The notes under the pieces were generated by a model, which was not told the DNA's origin, made no database searches, and saw only the letters and a list, made by a program, of their open reading frames with translations. 64,000 bases of DNA from the human T2T-CHM13v2.0 reference genome, Homo sapiens. The stretch is from the NCBI RefSeq assembly GCF_009914755.1, contig NC_060937.1; one strand, written 5' to 3'. Below, piece after piece: positions 1-12,285 of the stretch; the stretch's first letter is position 1; each line of letters starts with the position of its first letter. A program made the translations under genes and the position numbers.

Positions 1-445
1 TCCTTGTGCCTGTAGGACTGAGATCCCGGTTTCCTTACCTGTCTCCATCTGTGGACCATTCCCAGCTTCTCGAAGGGCTCACATTCCTTAGGTTATAGCC
101 CTTTCTTCTAGCTTTAAAGCCAGCAATGGTGAGTCAAGTCTTTCTCATGTTTCAAATCTCTCCTGCTTCTTTTATTGTTATCACATTTCTTTGATCCTTC
201 TGCTTTTCTTTTCCACTTTCAGGAGGCCATGTGATTACTTTGGGCCCAACTAGATAATCCAGGAGAATCTCTCCATCTGAAAGTCCACAACCTTAATTCC
301 ATCTACAAAGTCCCTTTTGCTGCGTAATGGCAATGTATACATAAATGGCATACTTATGTAAATGGCAATGAATATGTAAAACATACTCAAGGGTTCTGAG
401 GATAGAACACAGCCCTTGGGGAGGGAGCATTATGTGGACACCACA
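1..445 (-). mobile_element. MaLR LTR, MLT1E/D-like (runs off the window start)
   Basis: Typical MLT1 segments: gggcccaactagataatccagg...ccttaattccatct...cattatgtggacaccaca, the reverse complement of the MLT1 5' end. Similar to the copy at 46552-47102. Confidence 0.75.
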
Positions 446-1709
446 GCCAGAGCTTGGTCAAATATCCACCTAGGGAAGCCAGGCCAGGGCTGGTGTGACT
501 GACAGCTCCAACAGAACCATGTGGAAAGGGAGGGAAGGGGAAACTCCCTAGTGAAGAATAGGATGCTATTAGCGGAAAAAGAAGAGAAAAGATGTCCCCT
601 TCAAAGCAGGTTGGGCCTTACTACACATTTAAGTCACTGCTCAAAGATATTAGTGGGCTCTGTAGTTAGGAAATTTAATATTCCCAATAACAACTACCCT
701 AAACATTTTTTAAATTAACAAATGAAAAAAATGAGAAGGGAAGCAGGCCAGAGGCAGAAAATTAATCTATCAAAAATACCCATTTCCAAGGGCTGGAACT
801 TTGCTGGGCTTAACCAAGAAACACGGAAGAAACAGAAACTATTTGTTGGCATTTGGCCCAAGGAGTCATGCTCACTTATGGCAACAGAGGGCAGTCAGGA
901 AGGAGGAGGGGACAAGAATCTGACTCAAGACCCATGTGCTCTGGTAGACCAGGGCCTGCAACGGAGGAGGTGTAGCCAAAGATGCTAAATATACCATCTA
1001 TAGGATGAAGAAGTCTGGACTGTTTGTTGGGGCACACTGGTTATGGTCCAAACCCTGTAACCAGCCACACAACCTCGGGTAAGTCTCCATCTTGAGCCAG
1101 TTTCATCTCCAGTGATATGAGAGAGTGGGACTATCAAGAATGTCTGTGAGGTGACTGCACCAGTCCCCACTCCACACCCATGCCTGCCCAACTTCCATAA
1201 CCCACTCAGTGCTCTTTCCTGCTAAGCCCTTCTCAAGACAGCATTCCAACAGCCACTACCACCTGGTCCAAGTCAAAATGTGTATGAAAATCCCTCAGTC
1301 ATTCTAGAGTTAGATAACTTCTAAGGTGCTTTTGAGATTTGACATTTTGTGTCGTACAGTTCTGATATAGATAGACCAACCACTTAGGACCAAATGAGAC
1401 CCATTCAGGCTCTCATTTCAAACTCCTAATGCTGGATGAGGACAAAGCTACCTGGTAGGAAAGGCAAATAGAACTAAAAAAAATTCATGATTTAATCCAA
1501 GTGCTCAAGGACAGTTTCAGTAGGAAATCAAATCAGAGATAAAATAAATTTCCCTTTTCAACCTCAACCAGAAGGCTTGAAATGACACATAGATGTTTCA
1601 CAAAAGGTCAACTATAATCCTAGATGGACAGATAATTGCCTTGTGATTACATAGATAAGCAACCTGGGTTTTTGGCAGGAATAGCTGGTGCAAACAAATT
1701 GAGAAATAT

Positions 1710-2115
1710 TGCAGGTTGGTTCCCTAGAAGTTCGGAAACAGACATTACCAAATAGGAAATTTATTAGGGTGCGGTCTCGGGACTAACACCTGTCAAGGAA
1801 GGGAAGGAAACAGGATTTACCGGAGGGCAAAATTGGGCTGTGGACTCTGAAAAGGTCTCAGTTCACTGTACAGGGAGCTCCAAAACTAGACTGGCCTTTC
1901 AGAGACATCCTCAGTTGGGGTACGGGGTCAGATCTTTAGTTGCCTCCATTGACCTGTCATTGAATGGAGGCTAGTCCCAGGCAGATGGCTCATGGGTAAG
2001 AAGGCTGTCTTTGTAGAGCTCAGTGCCCACAGAGAGCTGAGAATGGAGTGCTGTCAGCCAGCAGCAGGCCCAGAAGCTACAGAAACAGTTCCTTCAATCC
2101 TGAAGGAAGATCTGG
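1710..2115 (-). mobile_element. Old ERVL-class solo LTR fragment (subfamily uncertain)
   Basis: tttattaggg...aacacctgtcaaggaagggaaggaaacagga...gggagctcc...ggcctttcagag resembles ERVL LTR consensus segments; AATAAA lies on the minus strand. Confidence 0.5.
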
Positions 2116-2460
2116 CAGAGTCACATATTCAGGAAAACAAGCAAATAGAATCTCCGACCTGGATGGCCTATTCAGGACATCAGCACCAGCAGTGCCGGTT
2201 AGTGCTACCCTTTTCTGTCTGTTGGCACTGCAGAGGTCCTCTGGGTCTCCTTGTACAATCTGCAGCTTCCTCCAGTGTTGGCCCATGGCCAGTTTTCTGG
2301 TGGTGCTCAGCAGAAGAATTTACCCAGAGTAGAAGACATAACTGGTGTGGAAGTTTCACTTTGGTGGATGAATGTCACAAGTTGTTTTATGTTAATTTTA
2401 TAGTAAAATAAATAGGTAGACAAATTATACTTTCCACATGATGTAAGTTTTGTAGAGATA

Positions 2461-2833
2461 GTATATGAGTCTACTAGGACTGCTATAACAAAATACCACA
2501 GACTTGGTGGCTTAAACACAAAAATGTATTTGCTCACAGTTCTGGAGGCTGAAAGTCCAAGATCAAGACATTGGCAGGTTTGGTTTCTCCTAAGGCCTCT
2601 CGCCTTGGCTTGAAGATGGCCACCTTCTTGCTGTGTCCTCACATGGCCTTTTCTCTGTGCACACATCATTGGTATCTCTTTCTCTTCTTATGAGAACACT
2701 AGTCCCATTGGATTAGGGCCCCACCCTATAACCTCATATTACCTCTGTAAAGGCCCCCATCTCCAAATACAGTCATATTGGGGACAAGGCTTTAACATAT
2801 GAATTTTGGAGGAATGTAATTTAGTCCATAACA
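2461..2833 (-). mobile_element. MaLR LTR, MLT1A/B-like
   Basis: gctataacaaaataccacagacttggtggcttaaac...ctcacagttctggaggctg...gtgtcctcacatggcc...ttagtccataaca. Confidence 0.85.
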
Positions 2834-3007
2834 GAGAGTTTCAAAAAATTCCTTTTAACATACACTGTCCATTAATCTATGGATGAACGAATGGTAGAAT
2901 GTAAAATTTATATATAGATGCCATTTTAAAGTGTATTTCTAGTGGTTTTTTTTTTTTTTTTTTTGGTCTCCCTTTGTTCTTGCTTCACTGTAGAAATTTT
3001 ATTGTTT

Positions 3008-3114
3008 TTTTTAATTTTATTTATTATTATTATACTTTAAGTTTTAGGGTACATGTGCACAATGTGCAGGTTAGTTACATATGTATACATGTGCCATGCT
3101 GGTGTGCTGCACCC
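3008..3114 (-). mobile_element. Young L1 (L1PA2/PA3-like) extreme 3' fragment, about 107 bp, with 15-bp TSD
   Basis: tatactttaagttttagggtacatgtgcacaatgtgcaggttagttacatatgtatacatgtgccatgctggtgtgctgcaccc. Identical direct repeats GAAATTTTATTGTTT at 2993-3007 and 3115-3129. Confidence 0.92.
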
Positions 3115-3727
3115 GAAATTTTATTGTTTAAATTAGAATTTGGAAAGCAAAAAGTTTCTCAGAAAAAATAAAATTACCCATATTACTATCACTCATTTAA
3201 AAAATACTATAACATTTGATGTGTTTTCTTCCAATCCTTTTTTTCTGTTACATATAAACATTTTTTATGGATGGAAGCGTATACATATATTACAATTTTA
3301 TACCTATATAAAATTGCTAATAATAATTAGATAATAATAGAGCATTGCCACATTTTAAAAGGAAAACAATATATCCATAGTTTGTCTAATGTTTTATTTT
3401 GGGAACTATTGCACCAAGTATTTGCACGTAAGTATTTTCTTGAATGTCTGCCTTCCCAATATTTTTCTTTTTTCATACCATTTCTTTTTCCTCTTTTCCT
3501 GTCCAAATTTTCCACTTCCTTGTAAGCCCAGTTCAAGCTCTACCTCCTCAAGTAAAGAGTTCCCTGGCATTTCTAGACATAGGAACCTGGCCTCCTTTTG
3601 CTTTTATGCACATCCTTTGCTTAATCTCATCCTTCTTGTGACATACCTGGTATCATTGTTGTACTGTATTTTCGTTTTAAGCCTTACTTCACAATATGAT
3701 TGTAAGACTCTTGAATACAAAGACATC

Positions 3728-3760
3728 GATTGATTGATATTGGTTGATTGATTGATTGAC
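3728..3760. repeat. (GATT)n-like simple repeat
   Basis: gattgattgatattggttgattgattgattgac. Confidence 0.7.
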
Positions 3761-4509
3761 TAGTTTGCTGGTCAGTTTGCCATTTTCTGAATATTAACCC
3801 AGTTGTCTGTGGAAGTAATTTCCCCCCCTACTTATCCTGGGGAGGGTACTAGTTTGTGACATTTCTGCAGCAGAGCTGAATTGGAAGCATTGTGTTCTTC
3901 TGTGTTAATCCTGATTTCCCCGCTTTGTGTGCCTTGACAGCAGGATGGTTCTATTATGTTATATCCTATTGTGTTTTTATAATGGCTTAATTACTGTGTA
4001 TGGGCTTCTAGCTGAGAATTGGGGAGATGGTAAATTCTATAAATAAAATGTGCTATCGCTGACATGAATATGCTGCCAGACTTAGTTGTGTCTACATTGC
4101 ACAGGTTCACATTAAAATTCAAAGTGTTGTCAAATATATGTTATAGGTAAAGAATCTATTTTAAATTCCTTTACGGAGTGAATTAAGCTACAGTCAAAAC
4201 ATGTTCTGGAAAGAAGAGCTTTGATGTTCTGATGTGCCATGTACTATATGGCAGTCTATCTCAACGTGTCTTTTCTCTATGCAGCAGAAGACTGCACTGG
4301 CCAATGCCCAGAGACATCTGGAAAAAGATATTCTCCTTTGTGTCTAGTCAGGCCAAGCAAAACCTTAGACTGTCATTATTCAACCAAATTTATCCATCTT
4401 TAAAATGTATACAAAACTGTATCTGGTTCATTAGGATATGCATAATACATTACTGTAAATGGCTAACAGGCCAACCCAAATTACTTTCAGTATTTTAAAG
4501 ATGAAGATA

Positions 4510-4645
4510 GAGAGTGAGGGAGGGAGGGAGTTGGGGAGAAAAAGAAGGAAGGAAAGGAGGGAGGGAGGGATGAATGGAGGAAGGGAGGGAAGAAGGAAGG
4601 AAGAAAGGAGCATATATATATGTGTGTATATATATATATGCATAT
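4510..4645. repeat. GA-rich (GGAA/GGGA) low-complexity tract followed by (TA/TG)n
   Basis: gagggagggagggag...ggaaggaaaggagg...catatatatatgtgtgtatatatatatatg. Confidence 0.85.
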
Positions 4646-5458
4646 GTTCATAATGTCAGAGAAATCTGCCATTTCATTAACTTTTCTTTCAAAGTTTTAT
4701 TACATTGTAAATTTCAGGTGAAATTAACAATCATAATAACAAGTACAGTTTGAGAACCTAGAATCAGCAAAGTCAAGGCATGACATTTTGACATTGCTGC
4801 TTTGATACAACTATTTTGATGAAAGAATATTTTGTCATGTTTAAAAAAAATTTCAGCTTTTATCTTTTAGAAATGAATGGGGAAGCAGATAACCGCCCCC
4901 CTTCCAAAGCCTCACACAAGCCCATACTTCACCCTTGAAATTCAGACTGCTGTTCTCACATACGAGATGGGGAGGTTCAGGAAGGAGACTTGTGGGGCAG
5001 GTATTACTTGCTTTTAAAAAATGATTTTTATATTTGACCAGACCATCTTGATGCATCAACACATCTGCATCAAATGTTATCCTTTAGCACTAGTCACAGT
5101 GGAGTGCCATTTCTGGACACCTAGCATGAATAAGAATATTGCAATAACTGCTCTGATAATTCCTGGGAAAAAAAAGCCATTTAATTTCTCCACATCTGTC
5201 AACTGAGAGTCACCTTGTGCTCTGATTAATCCTGTTGGTTGCCTCAGTCCTTTATTTCCTGCTGCAGGTGCAGCATCAACTCAATGTTTCAGTGTTTTCA
5301 TGGGATGGGGTCCCACAAGGTTAAGAAAAGGCGATGATGGAGTGCAGCAAGCGTGAGGAAGAGAAAAAGCAGTAGTTCAGGAAGGCCTGTGTCCTTTGTC
5401 CCTAAGCAAGAGCTAGAACAAGAATAAATCTTTAAAGAAACTGGGTGGGTGGTCCTGT

Positions 5459-5677
5459 CAGAGACGGGCTAGTGACGCAGGCACTTGCCTAGGATACAAA
5501 ATTTAAAGGGGTTCCTGTAACTCAGCAGTCAAGATAAATGTTTTTAAGCAATATTTTAAAAAATGAAAATGAAGGCAAATTCACCATTAACAAAATACCA
5601 AACTTTTAAGTAAAGGCAGATACAACTCTGCAGTTAGGCAGTCATGCCACATTCACCCCACCCTAACCCCAGCTCTG
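5459..5677 (+). mobile_element. hAT MITE, MER96-like
   Basis: ggcacttgcctaggatacaaaatttaaagggg...aagataaat...gcaatattttaaaaaat; imperfect terminal inverted ends cagagacgggctag / ctaaccccagctctg. Confidence 0.55.
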
Positions 5678-5759
5678 GGTCTTGCATTTCGTCTTTCACA
5701 AATCTAAAGATGCTCTCTAAGTAAAAAATAAATAAAAATCTCTCAGTCAAAATAAAGTG

Positions 5760-5856
5760 CATGTTAACTAGTTCTATTTAACTACTCCACAATGCATACA
5801 TATTTCCAAACATCATGTTGTATACCATAAATATGTACAATTTCTATTTGTCAAGT
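5760..5856 (+). mobile_element. Old L1M 3' end fragment
   Basis: ccacaatgcatacatatttccaaacatcatgttgtataccataaatatgtacaatttctatttgtcaa. Confidence 0.7.
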
Positions 5857-6623
5857 AAGTGGTGGGGGAAGACTTTAGAACTGGAAACATAAACCGTGAA
5901 TTCTGTCTAGAATCTTCTAAACTCTTAGAACATATAAACATCTTATTAGGCTAAGTCCAAATTCCAAGTTATCTAGATATTTGAGATTTCATTAAACCCC
6001 CATGTCTTAGACAATATGATTGACAACCCCATCTTGGGCAAAAATATCAAAATAGGAGGAAAGAAAAACAAGTAAGGGAAAGCTAGTGCAGGTGAAATAT
6101 GGGGGTGAAAGAAGGTGGGTGCCAACCATCACCAACAATAACTTGCAAATTAGGTAAATAACATACCCCTGTCCCCAAACTAAATTAATATGCAATGGAT
6201 CAATATCAATGATATCCAAAGTCAACCTTAACGAGAAAAAAAATATATCTCAGGAGAACAAGGTCTAATTGCAACTGTTATTTTTTTTAATCTTATGAGC
6301 CTGGGCTGGACTCTGGAAAAGACAGTTTTGTCAGAGGGCATCAAAAGAGGGACTGTTGGCTCTTTACTTCCGGTCACACAGCAAGCAAGTAGGAAACATT
6401 CATGGATCTAAAGAAAAGATGAGCTGGGACAAATAAAAATATTTGTTTAGGAGATGGGAATGCGGGTAACTTATGTCTTAGATCTTGGATTTCTATTTTT
6501 ATAGCAATATTATTTTTGCAGAAAACACCATTACAGATATGTCAATAATAAGAAGGATTAGTCAGCCATGGAAGTATAAGAAAAGGAAAGTAATAAGGCA
6601 AACACTTCCCTGACAATGGGAAA

Positions 6624-7235
6624 TGTGTCGGTCCTCATTGCAGTTGCTGTGTAATATCCTAACCCCAAATCTAACGGTCTAAAACAACAACCATTTTACC
6701 ATGCCCATGGATACTGCAGGTCAGGAATTTGGACTGGACACAGTGGGATGGGCTTATCCCTGCTCCATGATATCTGGGACCTCAACTGGAAAGACCTGAA
6801 GGTTGGGTTGACTCCAAGGCTAGGAACTGCATCATCTGGAGGCCCTTTCACTCAGGCCCCGGGCTGGGATGATTCCAAAACCAGGACTGCTTATCAGAGT
6901 CCCTAGATGTGGCCTCTCTGGGTGTGATTCAGCTTCCTTACAGCATGCAGCCTCAGGGTAAGCAGTTTCCTCCCATTGCAACTCAGGGTTCTGAGCATGA
7001 GTGGTCCAGTGAACAAGACAAAAGCTGCACTGCCTTTTATGACTGAGCCTTAGGAGTGACACAGCATCACTTCTGCCAGATCCATTGGCCCATGCAATCA
7101 CAAGCCTGCCCAAGTTCAAGGGTAAAAGTATTCAACTCCACCTCTTGATGGGGGAGTGGCAAGGTTGCTTGCAGAAAATGGCATAGGACAACAGGTATTG
7201 TCGCTGCCATCTCTGGAAAATGCAATCTGCCACAG
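6624..7235 (-). mobile_element. MaLR LTR, MLT1F/G-like
   Basis: gctgtgtaa...aaaacaacaaccatttt...ggtcaggaatttgg...gcatcacttctgcc...aatctgccaca. Confidence 0.75.
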
Positions 7236-7452
7236 CATCCACACTGAAGGACACACTCATCTGAGCAGGTGGCAAGTGGAGTCCTGTTGTCAAGATGCAC
7301 ACCTCAGCCTATCAGGGACTCACGTTGTTTAATATAAGAATCACATACCTGTATGTCTATGCCTCTGATAATTCAGCTTCTCATAGAATTTGCCTATGAG
7401 GAAAGTAAGGGGTCAAGGAGCCACATGGCAGTCACATTTCACATTGTATCTG

Positions 7453-7540
7453 ATGAAACCGGCTCTTTCGTTTCAAGCATTCTCCTCTCCAGAGAATTGT
7501 AAGTAACCATGAGTCACTGTGACACTCTCCTGGCGTCCCT
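7453..7540 (+). repeat. Dispersed direct repeat, copy 1 of an 88-bp duplication (copy 2 at 9657-9744)
   Basis: Ungapped manual alignment gives 84/88 identical bases. Confidence 0.95.
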
Positions 7541-7890
7541 AAGGTCTCCTCCACTCTGGGACTGCAAGGCTCAGGCCAGCCCCTGTTCTGCAGGTAATGT
7601 GCCATGATCAATATGGCATGGGACTGGCTGGGGGTGCCATCAGACCTGCCCCAACCTTAACCCTGCACACTGTGTAAGTAATTTTTTTTCCTTTTTGAAA
7701 CCAGGAATAAGGTGAAGAAATGTAAGTCAGACTGGAGGAGAAGAAGCTATGAAACAAAATGGAATACTAAAGAGAATAGGAAGGGGGCACCAGCTGGAAG
7801 AAAGAAAAGAATCGAAGAGTGAAGGAGACACTTTGAGTAAACTATCATGGCAATAGGATAGTTCCTGAGAGTTACTTCCAAAATAGCCTA

Positions 7891-8336
<446 letters not shown>

Positions 8337-8469
8337 TCATCCCAGCGAGTGCTCAGCCCATTGCCTGTGTCACCAAAGACACCCAGAGCACAGTCCCTCT
8401 AGGCTCTGCGGGCCTCAAGCCATAAGGCTGACCTCACAACAGCACGAGTCTTCTTCCCTGAGTAGATTA

Positions 8470-8690
8470 TTTGTTTAACAAACACCTATACCAGGCTTAC
8501 TACATGCCAGACACTGTCCCAAGTACTTTGCAAATATTAGCTCAGTTATTCCTCTGCAAGGGAGTTACTGTTATTTATCTGTATTTCACAGATGAAGAAA
8601 CTGAGATAGGGTAGATGATTTGAATGTACCCATCCAGTAAGTGGTAAGGCCAGAATTCAAACCCAAGCAGGCCAGCCCTGGATTCACTGC
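8470..8690 (-). mobile_element. MIR SINE
   Basis: ttactacatgccagacactgt...tttcacagatgaagaaactgag...gaattcaaacccaagcag. Confidence 0.8.
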
Positions 8691-9049
8691 TCACAGCCCT
8701 TGGGCTGTGTGAGACTGGCACAGCTGGGGAGGTGAGGAGCTGGACAAAGAGGCAGATGCCCAGGATTCAGGCACACCCGCATGAGCATGACCCAGGTGGA
8801 TCAGCCTAGACACCCTGGCAGGGCTTTTGAGACAGTTCTTTCTCTCCCTAAGGCCCATGAGTCTATCCTGGCTCAACCAACAACCCTCTTGTGTGTTTCC
8901 TTTATAAGTCGTGGGGCAGAGGGCCTAGGGTCTCTGCAACGGTTTGCAGATCTTGCCATTGGGCTGAAAATCTCCCTACTGTGTTCCTAAGACTCAGTCT
9001 TCATAGATGACCTGACTCTGGTTGTGGGAGGCAGCAGCCTGATAGAGCT

Positions 9050-9212
9050 AGAGTTGCTAGATTAAATACAGAACGTCCAGTTACATTTGCATTTCAGATT
9101 AATACTTTTTCCAGTACAAGTTTTGTCCCATGCAATATTTGAGACACACTAAAATATTATTCATTGTTTACTGGGCATTCTGTACTTTCATTTGCTAAAT
9201 TTAGCAACCCTA
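9050..9212. mobile_element. MER53-like hAT MITE (palindromic)
   Basis: Terminal inverted repeats tagagttgctagat / atttagcaacccta, with an internal gtcccatgcaatatt...tttgctaaat core. Confidence 0.7.
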
Positions 9213-9474
9213 AATGTGGGCTTATGAAAACCTCTAAAATGTGGAATAGGAACACAGCCAGGGAGCAGGTGGGCTCTGCATTGCAGTCCAGGTGGTGGTG
9301 GGTGTGGGAAGGCCCTCTGGGGAAATATGCTAAGGGAGGCAGTTCCTTCTGCCCTGGACAGAGGCAGGCCTATGACATGTCCAGGCCCAGGAGAAAAAAC
9401 AAAATAAATGCCCGTGGGCCTTGTGCTGTTCTACAGGCTCACTGTCCATGCTCTGCATGAAGCTCTTTCATCCC

Positions 9475-9972
9475 ACAACTTTCTATTTTGAAAAATTTCA
9501 GAACTACAGAAAAGTTGTAATCATCATACAATGAATACCCGTTTATCACATTGGCGTTCTCTTTCCCATGGTGTATGTGTGCATGTGGGAACATATACAC
9601 ACATTTTTATTAGTTTGTTTGATAAACCATTTGAGAGTTTATATCAGATATTCAGTATGAAACTGGCTCTTTCGTTTCAAGCATTCTCCTCTCCAGAGAA
9701 TTGTAAGTCAGCATGAGTCACTGTGACACTCTCCTGGGGTCCCTGGGGACTCAGCATGTAGTTCCTAGGAAGAAGGACATTCTCCTCTGTAACCGCAATA
9801 CCATGACCACACTCAGGTAATTTAACATTAATACCACGCTATTACCTAACATAAAGTCCTCATTCGAATTCCTCCATTTGCCCCAATATGTGTGCTTGTG
9901 TACTTTTTTGAATCAAGATCCTATCAAGGCTCCCAAATGTACTTAATTGTCATGTTTCTTGAGTCTCCTTTA
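9475..9972 (-). mobile_element. Old L1 (L1MC4/5-like) 3' UTR fragment interrupted by the 88-bp insert
   Basis: ttttgaaaaatttcag...acagaaaagttg...aaccatttgagagt...aaggacattctc...taaccgcaatac...ttgtcatgtttctt. Confidence 0.7.
9657..9744 (+). repeat. Dispersed direct repeat, copy 2 of the 88-bp duplication (source 7453-7540)
   Basis: 84/88 identity to 7453-7540; embedded in L1 sequence. Confidence 0.95.
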
Positions 9973-10029
9973 GCCCAAGGCTGCCTTTTCAGAGCACCTA
10001 GTGCATGCTAGACAATATGCAAGAGGCCT

Positions 10030-10210
10030 GGCCTGCCTTGTCTTATTTCAACCCTGTGAGACAGACGTTATCTCTTTTTACAAAGAAGGAAACTGAAGCT
10101 TATTCAAGTGAAGTAACTTACCCAGGGTCACATGGCTGGTAAGCGGTATGGCCAGTATTTGAACCCAACCCTGACTCCGAAGTCCATCCTCTCCCCTTTA
10201 CACCACACTG
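10030..10210 (-). mobile_element. MIR SINE
   Basis: accctgtgag...ggaaactgaag...aagtaacttacccagggtcacatggctggtaag...tttgaaccca. Confidence 0.8.
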
Positions 10211-10344
10211 TCTGAGCTCTGTCTTCAAGAGGTGATACTGAAAGAGTGACACTGAGGTTAGAACCTGAGAACTTTTCCAGGAGGTGAGAAAATGTTCCAT
10301 AGAAATACACAGGATTTTGAAAGAGAGGCCGATGGGGTTAGCTA

Positions 10345-10595
10345 GGGAGGCAGTACCATGTCAAGGTTAGAAGTGAAATATTGAAGTTAAGTCTTGGGTT
10401 CAATTTTGAATTCCTCTATTCCCCAGCTATGTTCCCTTAGCCTTTCTAAAATCTTCACTTTCCCACCTTTAACAGGAGAGTGGTAATAGTGACCTCACCA
10501 GATTATTATGGGACTAATATTCTAATATTCAATCAAGTTCTTAGCACCAAGCCAAGCTGGCACATGCCAGGCATCTCATAAGTGGCAACTACTAC
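10345..10595 (+). mobile_element. MIR SINE
   Basis: ttgggttcaatt...cagctatgt...taatagtgacctcacc...ttcttagcacc...tggcacatg. Confidence 0.6.
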
Positions 10596-10995
10596 TGTGA
10601 TTAGGTGAGGAGAATAACTGCCTGACAGTTGCCACTTACAGGAGCCACAGGCAGATTGCTGGGGACTGCCAACATGAAGAACAACTGCTAACGTTCACGC
10701 ATGAGGGCTCAACACCAGAAGGGGAGCAGCTGTGGGGGAACAGGGATTCAGTTTGCATTGCTGGAGACCAGTGAACTGAGCCCTTCTTCCTGCCTGGAGC
10801 TCCCTTCTAAGGAACAGAGAGGAAAGAAGCTCAGGCAGGGACACCCTGCTGCCGTTCATGCCCACCAGAGAGGTGGGCTGGGAGCTGGGCTCATCCTTGT
10901 TTTCCAGCATGGTCACTCATTTCCTGAGCATTTGGGAGCCCAGTGCTTTGGGGAAAGGTGAGAGTGGGCTCCAGACAGATGAAATATAAGCAAGA

Positions 10996-11378
10996 TGTTA
11001 TGGGCTGGATTATGCCCCCTCCCCAAATTTATGTGTTAAAGTCCTAACCTCCTAACTGGAGATAGGGCCATTAAAGGGGCAATTAAGGTAAAATGAGATC
11101 TCTAGGGCAGGTGCTAACCCATTCAGCCCGTTGTCCTTACATGAAGAGGAGATTAGGACAGAGATGGGTACAGGAGAAAAACCATGTAAGGGCCCAGCAA
11201 AAAGGCGGCCATCCGCAAGCCAGGAGAGGCCTCTGAAGAAACCAAACCCGCCGACATCTTGTTCCTGGACTTTCAGCCTCCAGAGCTATAAGAAGTAAAT
11301 TTCTGATGCTTAAGCCACCTCATCTGTGGCACTTTGTTATGGCAGCCCAAGGTGCCATAATACACAGGCTAATACACA
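10996..11378 (+). mobile_element. MaLR LTR, MLT1A/B-like
   Basis: tgttatgggctggattatgcccc...agtcctaacc...ggactttcagcctccagagct...ttaagccacc...tttgttatggcagcc...taataca. Confidence 0.85.
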
Positions 11379-11399
11379 GGCTCTCACATTCTCGGAGGA

Positions 11400-11579
11400 A
11401 GGGGTGGTCTTCTGGCCTACATCTTTCTCCCATACCAAATGCTTCCTGCCCTGGAACATCGGACTCCAAGCTCTTCAGCTTTGGGACTCAGATAGCTTCC
11501 TTTCTCCTCAGCTTGCAGACAGCCTACTGTGGGACCTCACCTTGTGATCATGGGAGTCAATACTCCTTAATAAACTCCC

Positions 11580-11615
<36 letters not shown>

Positions 11616-11657
11616 CTCCTATTAGTTCTGTTCCTCTAGAGAACCCTGACTAATACA
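11400..11657 (+). mobile_element. ERVL LTR MLT2A-like, 3' half, with internal (TG)n at about 11583-11613
   Basis: ctggcctacatctttctccc...ggactccaag...cagcttgcagacagcct...ttaataaactcccc...cctattagttctgttcctctagagaaccctgactaataca. Confidence 0.85.
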
Positions 11658-12208
11658 GGTGGCCTCATAAAAGAAAGAGACAACTGCATAGAGATTGGCA
11701 TAGCCTTCAGGGAGGAATTCACAGGGCTTCTGCTCAGCAGAGGGATGAGTGTCACAACAGCAGGTCTCTGAGCCAAGACTTAAGAATCCTGGCTTATGAC
11801 CACCTGCTGCCACCCCAAATCCTCACTGGACACAGGCAGGAGATAGGCCAGTTTTGCAGACTGTCTGTGGCCAAGTCATTAGCATGTGTAATGACATCTC
11901 TGCAATGTGCACGTGGATTTGCTGATCTTTTAAGCTCTCTTCCTCGACTAGAATCCTAGGATTCCTGTAGCCGTAGAAGGGGAGTCTGTTGGTTGGAAGA
12001 GCAAGCTGAGCTGATCATGCTGTTGATGCAGGTGGGTCAGCGGTTTGAACGTTCCATCTGTTCTGTGGAGGGCCTGGCCTGTGTTGTGTAAGAGCCAATG
12101 GAGTAGAGAACCAGAGCCAGGCTCTCAGCGCATGGCATGAATCTGCTTTTCCTTTCTCCACGGAGGAGTTTGCTTGACAAGTCAGGTGGCGTCAGAGCCA
12201 ACCTCTGG

Positions 12209-12285
12209 GTAAGTGTTCTCCTGGGCAATGGGCAGGTCTAACTGTGTGACGGTGGTGGTATGGAGCGCCCTCTTCTTTGTTACAG
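12209..12285 (+). other. Candidate 77-nt spliceosomal intron of an unassigned plus-strand transcript
   Basis: TGG|GTAAGT donor, CTAAC branch motif at 12238-12242, and CCCTCTTCTTTGTTACAG acceptor. Confidence 0.45.

Noticed and set aside
1992-2669. Overlapping 120-139-aa ORFs
   Set aside because: They run through LTR relics, have no recognisable domain, and show no coherent exon structure.
9050-9212. Hairpin potential as a novel miRNA
   Set aside because: It is explained by the intrinsic palindromy of a degenerate MER53-like MITE.
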